DNA of 64,000 nt from Antedon mediterranea (lineage: Eukaryota; Animalia; Echinodermata), in the NCBI RefSeq assembly GCF_964355755.1, contig NC_092677.1, positions 5,602,101-5,666,100 of the forward strand, written 5' to 3'. The position numbers were made by a program, and so were the translations under genes. Of the stretch, positions 1-23,942 are shown piece after piece (within the stretch, counting starts at the first letter, position 1; every line of letters starts with the position of its first letter). A model generated the notes under the pieces. That model worked only from the letters and a program-made list of their open reading frames with translations, was not told the origin of the DNA and did not search any database.

Positions 1-952
1 ATTGTACTTGCGTATACAAAATTAATAATATTCATAAATGCCTATAATAGGTATCAACCCGGTGAGAGTGCATGTATAACAATGATTTAGAAAACTTGTA
101 AAGCTGTAGGCCTAAGAAAGTGACCGATCATTTAATTCTTCAAGCATAGAACAGTACTACATTAGTAGAAGTCTCTCCCCCGGGATACTATGTTATTCAG
201 GGGTACCATTATCTGTTAACACTTTCTCTTGAAATGAACGAGAGAACTCATATGTATTTGTTAACACTACGGCTAACCTCTTTTAAGGAACACTTTTAAT
301 AATTGGTAACTTGGTTGCTGAAGGTATCCCCTTAATTGTACTGGAATTCCAAATTATTTAAGACCACCAACTTGATTGCTTCAATTAAACATAAGTAATT
401 ACAACCGCAATTGCCGTTACCAATTGACATTTAACTGAAACAGATAAAATCAATTTCTTATTTGCTGTACTTTCTATTCAGAAAATTGTTGTTGTGCGTT
501 GAATGTAATGTAGTCTACTTTTGAGGTGCATGTTGGGAAATACAGTGTAAGAAAATACATATTGAAATACTGTACCCCATATGTATATGTGACGTGTTGG
601 TGCATTCGTGTATTTTGTACAATGCAGTACCCCACACTAGGCCTTCTATACAAAATGTTCGGACGTTAGACAAATATTATTGAGGATAACACCCCAGGAT
701 ACAATTTGCATATATTAATTTTTGACAGCTAAATTATTATAATTTTAACGCTGAGCTTTGAATCATCAGTTCTTGTTCATGTAAACAAATAGTATCCTTT
801 AATATTAATTATAAATTGAATAGGCTAGAATTTTAGTCTAAATAAATAATTACGTCGTTATTTTTTATGTTATTTAAACCCCACTTTGTAATGATAACAG
901 TTTACCCACACTAATGTTTTAAAAATAGTTTGATTAGTGATATCATTCTTAT

Positions 953-1286
953 AGCTCTGTTCACACTTGGACGCAACGCAATAACCTGACGTAAACGCAC
1001 AGTGAAGCGTGGTTCCCACTAGCGACGCAACGCAATGACGTAACGCAACGCAAGTGAATTGACCAATCACAAGCGATGGCTTATTCGATTGTGATTGCGA
1101 ACTGTCTATAACTAAGTTTGTCATTGGTTAAAACGCTTGCGTTGCGTTTACGTCCTTGCGTTACGTTCTAGTGGGAACCAAGCTTTAGTAATTTGAGCAA
1201 TCACAACGACACGCGGATCATCTGAAACACTGCTTACGTTGCGTCTGCGTATCGTTGTATTGAGTTCAAGCATGGGAACCAAGCTT
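953..1286. mobile_element. Nested MITEs (inner 1005-1185 with TIR aagc.tggttcccactag / ctagtgggaaccaagctt)
   Basis: Terminal inverted repeats and internal inverted acgcaacgca/tgcgttgcgt. A second family end (gggaaccaagctt) at about 1274-1286 and a degenerate left end at about 953 indicate nesting. The same family occurs at 32201-32317 and about 32466-32571. Confidence 0.7.
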
Positions 1287-2179
1287 TATTTAAATGTATT
1301 TAATATAACGTAGCGTACGTACATTTTACTTCCACAAGTGTAAGTTTATTTATATTTTCGATACACTGTATCTTTATAGGATGTCTGGTAATTAATTGCT
1401 TCCAATTATGATATTAGAAAATTTGATTAAGACCAGAATGACGGTTATTCATTAAACAGTTTTCAAATTTTCAAAAATATTTAGATTTACTTTTTAAATG
1501 ACAGCTTATAACTTAACATCGCGGAACACTGGATAAAAATATTTAGAAAACTGATTGATCTTGAAAAAAAAAGCGTTACTTAAAATGATCGCTAATTCTT
1601 TCAATTTAAATTGTTTCCGCATTCCACATACCAAGTTATTTATGGAAAAGGTATAAACGTTGAGACCACGGTAAACAAAAGTCAATTTTAACCACTGTAA
1701 TGACATATTGTCCTTCAGAACTGTGTAGAAACATTACTATTTTTTATATAAATTCCCAGCCATGGGGTTTTAATTTAACCATATTTTTTTTTTTTTTTTA
1801 TCTTTTGTGGTTAACTACCACCTTTATTCAACAATTACAGGATCTCATATATATATTTACATTATTTTCTTCATATTTTTTTGTTATGTTATCTATTACA
1901 AAATATATTGCATGTTTAATGAAAAAAGTTGTTTAGTTATGACACGTTTGTTAACTTATTTATCATAATTTGTGTATCTTTCAGTTTATATATTTGTATT
2001 TGATTTGTCCTTTAGGGAATTGCTTAACAGTTATTGTAGTATACCATGCTGTCACAAGAAATGGCACTAACAAAATTTAAACATATTTATTTAACCATAA
2101 TTATTCATTTAGTAATGACAAATAATCACATGAAGTAACAGTTATTGAAAACTAACATGACAGTAATTCACAATATATC

Positions 2180-3090
2180 TTCTTTTTTAGAAATTAGATT
2201 TAGTAGTCATGAGACTTTTTAAAGGTATGAAACGCCATATGTACCAAAATCTTTATCTTTTTGCTAATATTAATTCGAAATACGGTCTAGATCTAAATAA
2301 TGCTTATTATTTCCTACAACGCCTGCCATGAACATTTCGAAATGGCCGCCATGATCTGTGTTACCTATCATATAATTGCATTTTGTTCACGTATTTTTCT
2401 TTTTTATCATAGAAAAATAGACATAATAATGATTTTCTTTTTTAGAAATTAGATTCAGTAGTCACAGTTAAAAACTTATGAAACGCCATATGTGCCAAAA
2501 TATTTGTCTTTTTGCTAATATCAATTCGAAACATGGTCTAGAACCTAGACTAGTCATTACCTTGATTTTTACATTAGTAATGATACTGCAAATTGTACCG
2601 GTAACCAGGACCGGTAGTGATACTTTGTAGTTTTTTAAATCAAGATCGATGCGCATAAACCTATTATCGCTTATTAATTTATTTTTAAAAAGGGAACTAA
2701 TTTCGTGAAAAACTTGTGCATTTAAAGTATTATATGTCAGGGACGTATTTATTTACTATGGAGGTTACCTCCCTGTAATTAAAAAATCAATGATTAGACT
2801 TGCCTTAGATTAACTGTCAAGGTGGATTGGTTAGTAACCCATGTTTAGAAATGTCAACCAATCTGTGTCAAATGAACAGAACAGAATTTATGTCAATAAT
2901 AACGTAACCATTCGGAAATTTCAAAATGACTTTAATAAGGAACCATAAACCCAAGTTGTAAAAATGCACACAACTGCTGCCATGCGCATTTCAAAATGCC
3001 ATGATCTGTGTTACCTATCATTATAATAATTGCATAATATTAGTGTTCATTTTTATTTATCTATTTTTATCATCGAAAAATAGAAATAAT
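2180..3090. repeat. Local tandem duplication with an interrupted second copy
   Basis: ttcttttttagaaattagat...gaaacgccatatgt at about 2180 and 2435; gccatgatctgtgttacctatca...atcatagaaaaatag at about 2323-2430 and 2977-3090. Confidence 0.6.
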
Positions 3091-3123
3091 AATAATAAAC
3101 ATATTTGTTTATTGATCCGCTAG

Positions 3124-6100
3124 ATACTCCTTCTGAACCAATCTTAGAAGAAGTTGAAACAACTCTGACAACCATAAGACTTCTGTTCGATCCACCGAAG
3201 AGTGACGGTGGTCTTGGTATAACATACTATAGAATTGAATACCGTATTGTTGACGAAGGGGAAACAAAGTATAAAGATGTAAAGCCACCAGGCAAGTTCA
3301 AAATATATCACTATTAAACAAAGTATTACGGGAAGCAATGTAAGGCAATTATTATTCCGGCATTTAAGAGTTGAACCATTCAAACGACACCCAATTCTGC
3401 AGCTGTCAGTAAATTGAGTCTAACTGACTATCGCAAGTCATCTAGATACGGGTCTGGCTGTACACGACATCTCTGTTAGTAGGGTCATATCAACATATAA
3501 GGTATAACGTGGTTCTTGTATTCACAAACGATTATTTTGTTGACGTTCACATACTTTAATAACAATAACATGTGAGTTCAACTGATTCTACCCAGAAAAT
3601 GATTTTAAACATCTTATGTTCAGGTGATTATATGCACAAAATGCATCTAAAAGGATGATACAAAATTGGAACTACAATAGAGATAATATAATAAATTTTT
3701 TTATTTTTGTAACTTTGTAGCAAAAGTATTGGAGTTAAGAAATTTGCAACCGAAGAAGCCATACCGGGTGAGAATAGCTGCAGGTAATGTTGCTGGAACT
3801 GGTAACTTTTCCATAGAAAGAACAGCGTTTACATCACGTGGAGGTAAGTAAGATAGGACTGGAGGATCGTTATTTTTTTTTATTATGGACAAAAATATAA
3901 AGAGTGTTATTATCAGTAACATATATACACTCTTGTACAAATAAGTAACAATGTTATTTATTTCTTTCTGTTTGTTTATTTCAGAAAAATCTCTTTTTTT
4001 TAACAATCAAAGGTTTACATTTTTTTAACGTAATCCTATGTCCCAAGGCGTAGTATTCGTCACACTATATATAAATATAATTTAAATTTGTAATATTTCA
4101 ATCGGCCCCAAGCGTGTTGAGTGTTCTCGTGAGGTTTGCGTCAATGTAATTTTTTATTTACAGCAGAATATTAAAACTAGCATTCATCTTCACATTCCTC
4201 TCTGTGACTAAGAATATAATAGATAAGATATTAATGACATAATTATGTAACGTAGATAAAAGGAAATGACTTAATTTTACAAGATCAATCAATGATTCAT
4301 CAGAAGCAATTATTTATGTCATTTTAATCATACAAATGCATTCTGCCAACAGTAGGGAATTCTTACTTTGTGGTACCAAGTACTGACCATCTGAGCACGA
4401 ATCCTTACATTGAAATCATGTTAGCTTTTTAAATATAATATTTCAAATATTTGAGAAATGTGTTGTTTGTTGTTATGCTATATTTTTTATTAACTAACGT
4501 TTGACAGTTGGTCAAGGGAGTTGTATTAAAAGAACTCCTCGCATAAACTATAAAAACACTTATTTGTTAATTCTTTATTATGGTTCGTCTGATTTAATAC
4601 GAGTAACATTACAGTATTATTATGTTTTAATCATTTATTGACTTGTGTAACATAACAACTGTACATGTTTTCCTTTCTATCATAATTTACAAAACAACTT
4701 AAAAAAAATACATATACTAAACCTTGAATTATAATTGATTAAATAACCGCTAGACATTTTGACGTAGGACCCAAGTTGCCAACGGCACCAGCAGCGACAC
4801 TGGACCCTGATAAACACAATGATCGCACTACTCTGGCGCTCAAGATTGCCATCCCAATTGTGGGTGTTTTCATGGCATTGGCATTTGCAGTATTAATGGT
4901 TCTTGCGATTATAGCAATACGAAAGAGAAAGTGGAGAGTTCTTGAGGTATATATATAATATTTATATAATATTTATATATAATATTCAATTTAATACTGT
5001 ATAAACGCTCATTTGGGAAACCCATATTTAGGGGATACTTATATTAAGAAGATACTCTTCCGAACAATGGAAGAAGGAACAATCCCTATAGAGTTTCTGA
5101 TCTATTTATGTCAATTCATAGACATTCAATAAGCTACTGTACAATAGTCCTATTCGACACTTATAAAACTTTGCATTGTTTTTGTTGTTTCTAGGAGGAG
5201 CAATTGTACCGATTTCACACCGGTAGTTCCAGTGTTGAGAGTATACCTTCTCTTCTGAAAACTATTAGTAGAGTAAGTAAACAAAATACACACAACACAA
5301 ATCAATATTTCTATACATTGTTTATAAGTTTGCATATGAACCTTAATATGTTATTATAATTTTTGGCAGGCATATGTAGATGTTAACATTCCATCGATGC
5401 AGTTTAAAAATTTAACATGTGGTAAAAGACGAAATTTCGAGTTTTCGAGAGATAAGTTAAAACTTGGTAGAACGATTGGCAACGGTTCGTTTGGTAAAGT
5501 AGTAAAGGCTGAAGCTAAAGACTTGATTAGACCTGGTTACGTCACAACAGTCGCAGTCAAGATGTTAAAAGGTAATTTTTAAAAACAGCATGCATAATTT
5601 GAGAAGACTTGCAGTATTATTTGTCATGCCATTTTTAATCATCATACACAAATATTGCACAAGTTTTTTCAATACTTATTGAATTAATCCCAAAGAAGAA
5701 GTTAAAGAAGAAAAAGTTCCACGGTACGAAACAAAATATATATTCTGATGTATTTAAATCAATTTTGGAAAATAATATGATCAAGAAGAACATACCAATA
5801 ACACCTAATTAAAAATAAATGTTTAATTATGTCTTCTTTGAAATATTGTGTTTAGAAAATGCTACTGAAGTTGATCGACAAGACTTGTTAAAAGAACTAA
5901 GGGTTATGAAGTTGCTTGATGTTCATCCTAACATTGTCGTCTTGTTGGGATGTTGTACAGATCGTGGTATGTATTTGTCCATCCTTGACGTAAAAGACAA
6001 TACGATATGTTTACATAATAATAGGGTTTATCCCAAATAGTGTGAGCGATGCATAGCGCCACCAGTATAATAAAACTGTATATACTCCTGGTGGTGGCGC

Positions 6101-8762
6101 TTGCACCCAATTTAGGGAGATTTCGTGTCGACGACCTATGATTCATGTAAACTGCATGCTTCTCAAGATTGTGTTTGATGAAAACATTTCATTAATTAAC
6201 ACGTAGGCCTACTTTATAGATATTTCGGACTCTATATCAAACATTTTATATTAACAAAAATAAAGAGTTTAACCATGGACCTATAAATTAGGTCCATGGT
6301 TTAACTACCAACATATCAAGTCAATTTAAAACACGTACTTTAATTTTATAGATTTGTATTTGCTGATATAAATATGATTTAATACAATTTTAAGATTAGA
6401 TCTATTATTGATTTTTGTACAAGTTTCCTTAGATTGTATATGTGTATATGCTGTTGCCGATAATACGAGGTTAAAGGGTTTAATTGAGAATTGATGTTTA
6501 ATATATTTTCCTTTTATTGTATATTTTATTTCTCTCAATAATACGAGTTTAGTGAAGTTAAGAATAATAATGTAGTGTAGGTTTGTGTTTAAAATAATTT
6601 TGAATTACACTTATCGACGCATTACAAGCATGTTATGTTGTTGCCATTAGGACACGTTACTCTCATATATTTTTTCCAATGAAAATTAACTGTGAAAATA
6701 AGATAACAAACACGTGATGTCAGTTGTATAAAAAGTAATTAGTTGAGTAAACGAGTCATTTATTATTTATAATGAACGTATTAAAATTCCAAGGCAGTTT
6801 TAGATTATTATTATTATTACTATTAGTATTAGTAGTAAATACAATTTCTAGTTGCTAAACCTTTCTTTTTATATATTAAATATTAAATCTGTTTTAAAAC
6901 AATGTGTTCTTATACAACCATTTAGATATAATTTCGAAGTTCGTTTTAAATAGTTTTAGAAATACAACTTAAGTTACTTATTTGATTTCTTTAGATCCAA
7001 TTTATGTTATAATGGATTTCCTACCAAATGGGAACTTATTGGGTCATTTGCGAAGCAGTCGACAGAAGGTAGAAAGTTCCAACCGTACAAGTATGAAAAC
7101 GTATCTTAGTCCGACAGATCTTCTACGATACGCGTATGAAGTAGCCAACGGTATGGCGTATTTGGCATCAATGAAAGTAAGTACCGTAGAATGATGTCAT
7201 ATCACCATATTTGGGCACATCACACTTATAGTTTGGTAGTGTAGACAGAGCTTAAAAATATAATGTTGTTGTTAAAACAAATTTGAAATATTATTTTAAA
7301 GGCAGAACAAGTATTAACAAAATACTATGGAAACATAATGTTTGTTTTTTAGTGTATACATCGTGATCTTGCAGCAAGAAACATCCTGTTATCATGTGAC
7401 TGTGTATGTAAATTAGCAGATTTTGGATTGGCACGTGACGTAATTAATGGCGGGGTTTATCAAAGGAAATCACAGGTTAGGCTAACCAGAATTGTGATGC
7501 ATACAGAAATAATCACCGTAGCCCAACTATGTGTTCCAAACACGTTTTTAATTTGTGACTGTTACCTTCAAAAACCATGCTTGAGTTTCTATCTAGACAT
7601 AACAATAGGTAACTGTTTAAAAAAAAAATAAAAATAAATTTCTTTTTATTTCCAGGGTCGAGTTCCAATACGTTGGATGGCATTAGAATCACTTATTGAT
7701 AATGTTTACACAATACAGAGTGATGTTTGGTCGTTTGGGGTGTTGCTTTGGGAAATTATAACTATTGGTAAATCTTTTACACTTTTGATTATTCTTTGCT
7801 CCTCAAATTATTTTCCGTCTGTCACCTCAAATTGATGTTGTGAGGACCAACTAATAAAATAACTAATACAAATGTTATCCCTTCACTATTTCAAGTAAAT
7901 CACTCTCTTTATTTATAGCACGTATCCGATGCATGTTTCTGGTTTTCTTCTTTCAACTTCAAGACTTTCTGCAGTATAAATTTATATTAGACTTTAGTGG
8001 CCCGTAAGTAAAAAAAAGAGTTTAAGGGTTACTTTCTGTAAAAATTTACCTCAGTTCAACTATAAAAGTAATATTTCGTTAAATCAAGTTGTGTTGATTT
8101 TTCAGGATCATACCCGTACCCAGGCATGTCATCTAAACGTCTTATATCAGATTTACAGAAAGGCTTTCGAATGCCAAGACCAGATCACGCAAATGACGAC
8201 GTGTAAGTTATTCATCAATCATAATAATCCTCGTAAAAACAAGTGTCAACCTCCCTCGTCATTTGCACGATTATAAAACATGTTTTAAATTTTGTTTTAC
8301 TTAGGTATCAGATCATGTTAGAGTGTTGGAACACAAGTCCAGAATTACGACCCAGTTTTTTGGAACTAAAACGCAAATTAGAGATAATGTTATCAGAATG
8401 TAGGGTGAGTGATAAGATTATCGGCGAGCACATTTTATCAAATGTGAATCTCAAGAATTATAACCACTTTATGCTAGCCAATTTATTTACTTGCTTACTG
8501 AATATTATCTACAGTGCATGTAAATAAGGATTTTATTTCACATTTTTTAATTTTTTTTAACAAACAGGAATACATTGTATTAGACGAGCTCGAAGAACTT
8601 GTGTATGACTACGCCTTAATCGGTTCCAACGACATCGCCAAAGAGATATTTCCGGAAGTTGCCGAGAATGATTTAGCGACGACTCGTAAGACCGGGAGGA
8701 GTCTTCGGACTGAGCGAACGCCTTCGGGAAAAATACAAACACCATTCGACTTCCCCTTATAA
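3124..8762 (+). CDS. Receptor tyrosine kinase, FN3-TM-kinase, RET/Cad96Ca(Stitcher)-like kinase domain; 5'-incomplete
   Basis: Eleven phase-compatible exons: 3124-3291, 3721-3843, 4768-4946, 5370-5571, 5856-5966, 6995-7176, 7353-7475, 7656-7767, 8106-8202, 8305-8404, 8568-8762. FN3 (FDPPKSDGG...[23 protein letters not shown]), TM ([29 protein letters not shown]), [53 protein letters not shown]. No upstream coding exon was identified in 1-3123. Confidence 0.93.
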
Positions 8763-8914
8763 ATTATTTTTGTAAATTGTATCATAGGCTGGCTATAAAT
8801 ATTTTGAATTTTCAAAAACGTTTTTTACCATATACATTTTAAACTTTTAATTTAATGATGTCCCTAAATGCAAACAAGGGTATACAGTTTTACCAATTTC
8901 TTTTTATTTTTGTC

Positions 8915-9692
8915 CAGCTCAGATTACATTTTTTAAAATCCTACATCTGTCATTGGTTTTGGTAATACTGCCCAGATAATTATAAAGTATTACGTCGATA
9001 GGGGGCTGGATATATCCATGCACTACAGCTCAGATTACATTTTTTTCAATCCTACATCTGTCATTGGTTTTGGTAATACTGCCCAGATATAAAGTATTAC
9101 GTCGATAGGGGGCTGGAGTATCCATGCACTACAGCTCAGATTACATTTTTTTCAATCCTACACCTGTCATTGGTTTTGGTAATACTGCCCAGATATAAAG
9201 TAATACGTCGATAGGGGGCTGGAGTATCCATGCACTACAGCTCAGATTACATTTTTTTCAATCCTACATCTATCATTGGTTTTGGTAATACTGCCCAGAT
9301 ATAAAGTATTACGTCGATAGGGGGCTGGATATATCCATGCACTACAGCTCAGATTACATTTTTTTTCAATCCTACATCTGTCATTGGTTTTGGTAATACT
9401 GCCCAGATATAAAGTATTACGTCGATAGGGGGCTGGATATATCCATGCACTACAGCTCAGATTACATTTTTTTCAATCCTACATCTGTCATTGGTTTTGG
9501 TAATACTGCCCAGATATAAAGTATTACGTCGATAGGGGGCTGGATATATCCATGCACTACAGCTCAGATTACATTTTTTTCAATCCTACATCTGTTATTG
9601 GTTTTGGTAATACTGCCCAGATATAAAGTATTACGTCGATAGGGGGCTGGATATATCCATGCACTACAGCTCAGATTACATTTTTTTCAATC
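8915..9692. repeat. Tandem repeat, about 107-bp unit, 7 full copies plus a partial copy
   Basis: Unit cagctcagattacatttttttcaatcctacatctgtcattggttttggtaatactgcccagatataaagtattacgtcgatagggggctggatatatccatgcacta starts at 8915, 9026, 9132, 9238, 9345, 9453, 9560 and 9667. Confidence 0.95.
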
Positions 9693-12649
9693 ACTAATAT
9701 AATTTGTAATCACTTTTTATCGGTTTTGATTGATAGTAGGCCCAATTCAATTAATAATAATAATAATAATTTTAAATTTATAAGATTTTAAAATGTCCAA
9801 GTAATGTTTGGTTTAGGTTTGTGTATATTATTATTTTAAACAATATTCTAATTTGTGTATAAGGTTAAATATCACTTCCATTGTTAAAATTATGTAAATA
9901 TAAGTAAAGTATTAATTATTAAATAGGATTTTTAAATGTGACGCCATCTACATGTTTTGCTTGATAAAGAAAAAAAAAGTAGGATACTAGAAATTAAATA
10001 TCATTTGAAAATAATTCTATGATAGACATACTAAAAGGTGGTTGCTATGTGAAATCTAGGCCTGCATCAAACAATGTAAATAATAGCACATCGTAGTACT
10101 AGTAGTAAAGTTGGGGTCTATTATTAGTAACCCGGTAAAATGCTTTACATGCTATCCATATGAGCTTTTAAAAAGTACAAATTATGTGTCACTAATTAGC
10201 TATGGCCTAGGCCTAAATGCGTTTTAACGGATCTAATGAATGACGCCGTAAAGCCATTTGCCATTATTGCGAGAATAGACCCCCAAAGAGTCAAATAGTA
10301 TTTATAAATGTTTTCAATAAAAACAATACATATAGTAACAACTTGTTTAGTATTTATCTTCAGATGTAATAACAGTACTGTAGGCCTGTTATTAGTACCG
10401 GCCGCCGGCCGCCTGTGTAATACCGAATTGGCCAACTTCGGTGTTCCGCGTCTGGTTTTACGATACTAGGCATACTTTTGTTATTTGTTATTCCATCAAC
10501 TTAGGGGGACTCTTATAGGAAAGTTACATATTTTTTCATATATTACAGTTTCTTTTAGTCAGAAAGATAAGCAGCAATTAAAGTATCATGTTTGGAAGTC
10601 CCACCTGGCGAATTCATGCACAGATGAGGAGCATAACTGCATATATGACTAATTATTTGGGGAATGTTTTAAATTGTATTGGACACATTAAAGATAACTT
10701 GAACTTTCTCTATTTTAAAATATGAGAATTGGCAATAAGATAATTTTATAATAATAATAATTTATTTGGGAGCTACACTTTTGAAATAGTGACACACTTC
10801 TTGAATGAAGGTGCGTCCAGAGTCTAGTAATTGTAAATGATAAAAGTTAGAGAAAACTGATGATGAGAAATAAAATGATTTAACAATAGGCCTATTTACA
10901 AGGAAACTTAAACTAAATTATGTACAAAATATTTTAAAAAATAACATTAACAAAAGTAATGCTTTAAAAACAGTGGCACACTTCTTATACTATTGCATGT
11001 TTGCCTTTATCGATTATTATTATTCTTAAAAATTATGAAGTGGTCTAATAAACAATGTCGCTTACAACAGCCTTCTTTAATTGGAGCAACACCGGGCAAA
11101 TGCTTTGATTGAAAGAAGTCTGTTTACGATTGTATGTATTTTTAAAATTTCAATCCTGACCAATCAAGTTGTTCATAGAACATACTAATCAATAATAGGC
11201 TAGGAACCTGCCGCGTACTCGCCCTGTGTACTTGATTGTTTGGCCGATGCGGATAATTATAAAGATTAGGTTGAAGAAGATGGCGAAAATATTAAACATT
11301 GTGCTATACAGTATCACATGAATTGAAGGCACTGAAATTCCATATATTTGGTCAATTTTTAGTTATAGATTTCTGAAAGAAATTGAACTGGCTGTTTTCC
11401 GTTATGTTCGTTAAATATTTCAATTAACCGTTATTACAAACGTGAAGAACGTTATTAACTCCCGTACTAATACACATACTTATGGTTGGGCTTCATGTGT
11501 TAACATAAACTCAATATACTATATATGCTCTATGGTATCAACATCGTTTAAGTTTAACACAGTATAAGTTAAATATAATACGAAATGGGATAGGCGTATG
11601 AAAACAAATATGTACACAGGAAATAACACTTATGTCTACACTTATTTGGGTTGGTGCTTGAAAGAACTCGGATAGCGTGTGCCTCTGCATTTTGCCAATG
11701 ATTTCACTTTCGCTTAAAATTTGTCATTTCTTTGATTTTGTCCAGCTCAATTATGAAGAGGAGAAAATACTCGAAGTACCTATGAAAACATGGAATTTAT
11801 TGCCGTGATTTTGTAACAAACACATAACTTCTTACCAATATTTTATCGAGTATGTATGTGAGTTATACTAGTAGTCGTTATTATTTGTATAAAATTCCAT
11901 TATGTTAATCCATACCGTTAGTGCAGTACAGTAAGTGATTTACCATCATTTCACCCCTTAAGCTCCTTAACAAATATTTTGAAAGTAATAGTCTCGTTTG
12001 GTCCAGGCAATTATCGTCTTTCAAAATATCTGACAAATACGTCTAAGTATATCTAATATTATACTTTTAATAATTAGAAAAAGCTCGAGCGATCATAAAA
12101 TTACAATAAATTTATTTTTTTCTTCATTTAAAATTGTAATATTTTGATTATATGTTTGATTAAAAACCACTATTAAGTCATTATGTAAAAATGCTTGTGC
12201 ATTGAACATGTATGTATTCCAATTTGGTATTCGAATATAACCTCGTTTAATACGGACCGTGAACTTAGTCGTCGTGCAGTGTTATTTTATTTATAGTTAT
12301 GTTATTAAAACGCTTAGCACTCCATTTCTTTTAATTATTAATCAAGCGAGGAATCTGATAACCAAGCAATATGTTACTTTATTTTAAAGCTGGTGCTATT
12401 TAGTATATATTGAACAATCAACGTTTAAGTTTATGCTTAAGTCTAGGCCTAGTAGACAAAACGCAAGTACGGCATTTTGTTTTCAGTTATCCGCTAAAAC
12501 CTCATTCTCTCCGGTGGGCCATTTTGCGGTAGGTAACCGTAGCCTAGGCCATCAACCGCAACAACTCGTTCCGATTTTCTAAGAAGAACCGGATTTGTAT
12601 TTGTATGTATAGGTTTCACACCGTCCTAGTCTAACAATTTACTTGTGAA

Positions 12650-22532
<9,883 letters not shown>

Positions 22533-23942
22533 CTGTAATGTGTGTAAGTGGGGGACGATTCAGTATAGGTGAGGCCGGCCGTGGGGGTAGGATTTTTTTG
22601 GAATCAGTTGAAAATAGAGATCAGCTTTCAATAAACACCACCACATTTCAAACATGTGTTACCAGTTAATTCCTCTTTTGTTAAAACACAATAAACTTTA
22701 AAGCCACTAACACATTTTGTCAACACCCTTTTTCCTCCCTCGCACAAACTAAATTCTACAATAACCACGCGTGTAGTCGCCTAATTTATAGGGCCATGTA
22801 TTTGCCTCTTTTATTCAGAATTTTTGAAATGCTTAATTTATAATCAATGTATTCCATAAATATTTGTACTGCATGTATATTGAGAGTATTTATTAAACTA
22901 TAAATACAACTTGCCTTATTTTTGATATCGTATTTAAAACAAATATTATATTAAGCGTAAAACAATACATGGTATATACAAACTATTTGATTTAGGCAGA
23001 CTTAAATTAATTTAGTAGTGTAGTAAGCACATTCCAATTCGATTTTTAGTGTTTATATCATTGTAGTATACTATTAATTATTATTTGCTGTTATTTATTG
23101 TATATAATATTACATATTAATCCAGAAAAATGATGTTGTGGGTATCAGTTGCTGGAACTTAATGGAGATACAGGTATATAAAAATAAGCAAAAAAGAACG
23201 ATAAATTAAAACATCCACAAAGAATATTCCAAGCTTTCGGATAATATTATATAATATAATTATTTTTTTTTTTATTTTTTTTTTTTTATTTCAACTTTAT
23301 TTATAGAGGGTAACCCTTCCAGCTGAACCCGCAGGCCAGCTGATATTCAGGGGCCCTCTTAAAAATGACAAAATATATAAAACTATACTTAACTAATAAG
23401 TATATTATATATATAAAGTATAGACTTTTTGTTTATATTAGCGAAAGTGAACATTTGATTACAGCCGGTCAAGTCTGAAACAGAAACAATGTGTTTTACC
23501 TTTTAATCTAAAGTCTCCAATTCGTTCCATATCAATTCTATGTGGAATAAAGATAATATGGCTCTGTTCTTTAACATTTCTTCGTTTCTTTGGAATTACT
23601 GGTCAGTGTGAAAATGGAGCTATACAATTAATGAGTTTATTTTATACCGCCGTCGTGAGAATGTATCATTAACATGTGTCAAAGTTCAGGGTACGTGATT
23701 ATTATTAAGAAAACAGAATGTAAAACCATATCTTCTGGTTAATGTTTACAACAATACACAGTATTATATTGTGTTTCTTGTTATACTCATTATGTTCTAA
23801 TTCTATCATACTTTACGATTAATCATTGTCATTGCAAAACATTGCTTTGTTTTATTAATACATTGTATACTATTCATGGCAATAAACAAAGAAAGACCGA
23901 GAACATGTTTTTTTTACTTTACATTGAAGATATATATATACG

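Noticed and set aside
8915-9692. Regular repeat array resembling CRISPR
   Set aside because: Whole units are near-identical with no unique spacers, there are no cas genes, and the context is eukaryotic.
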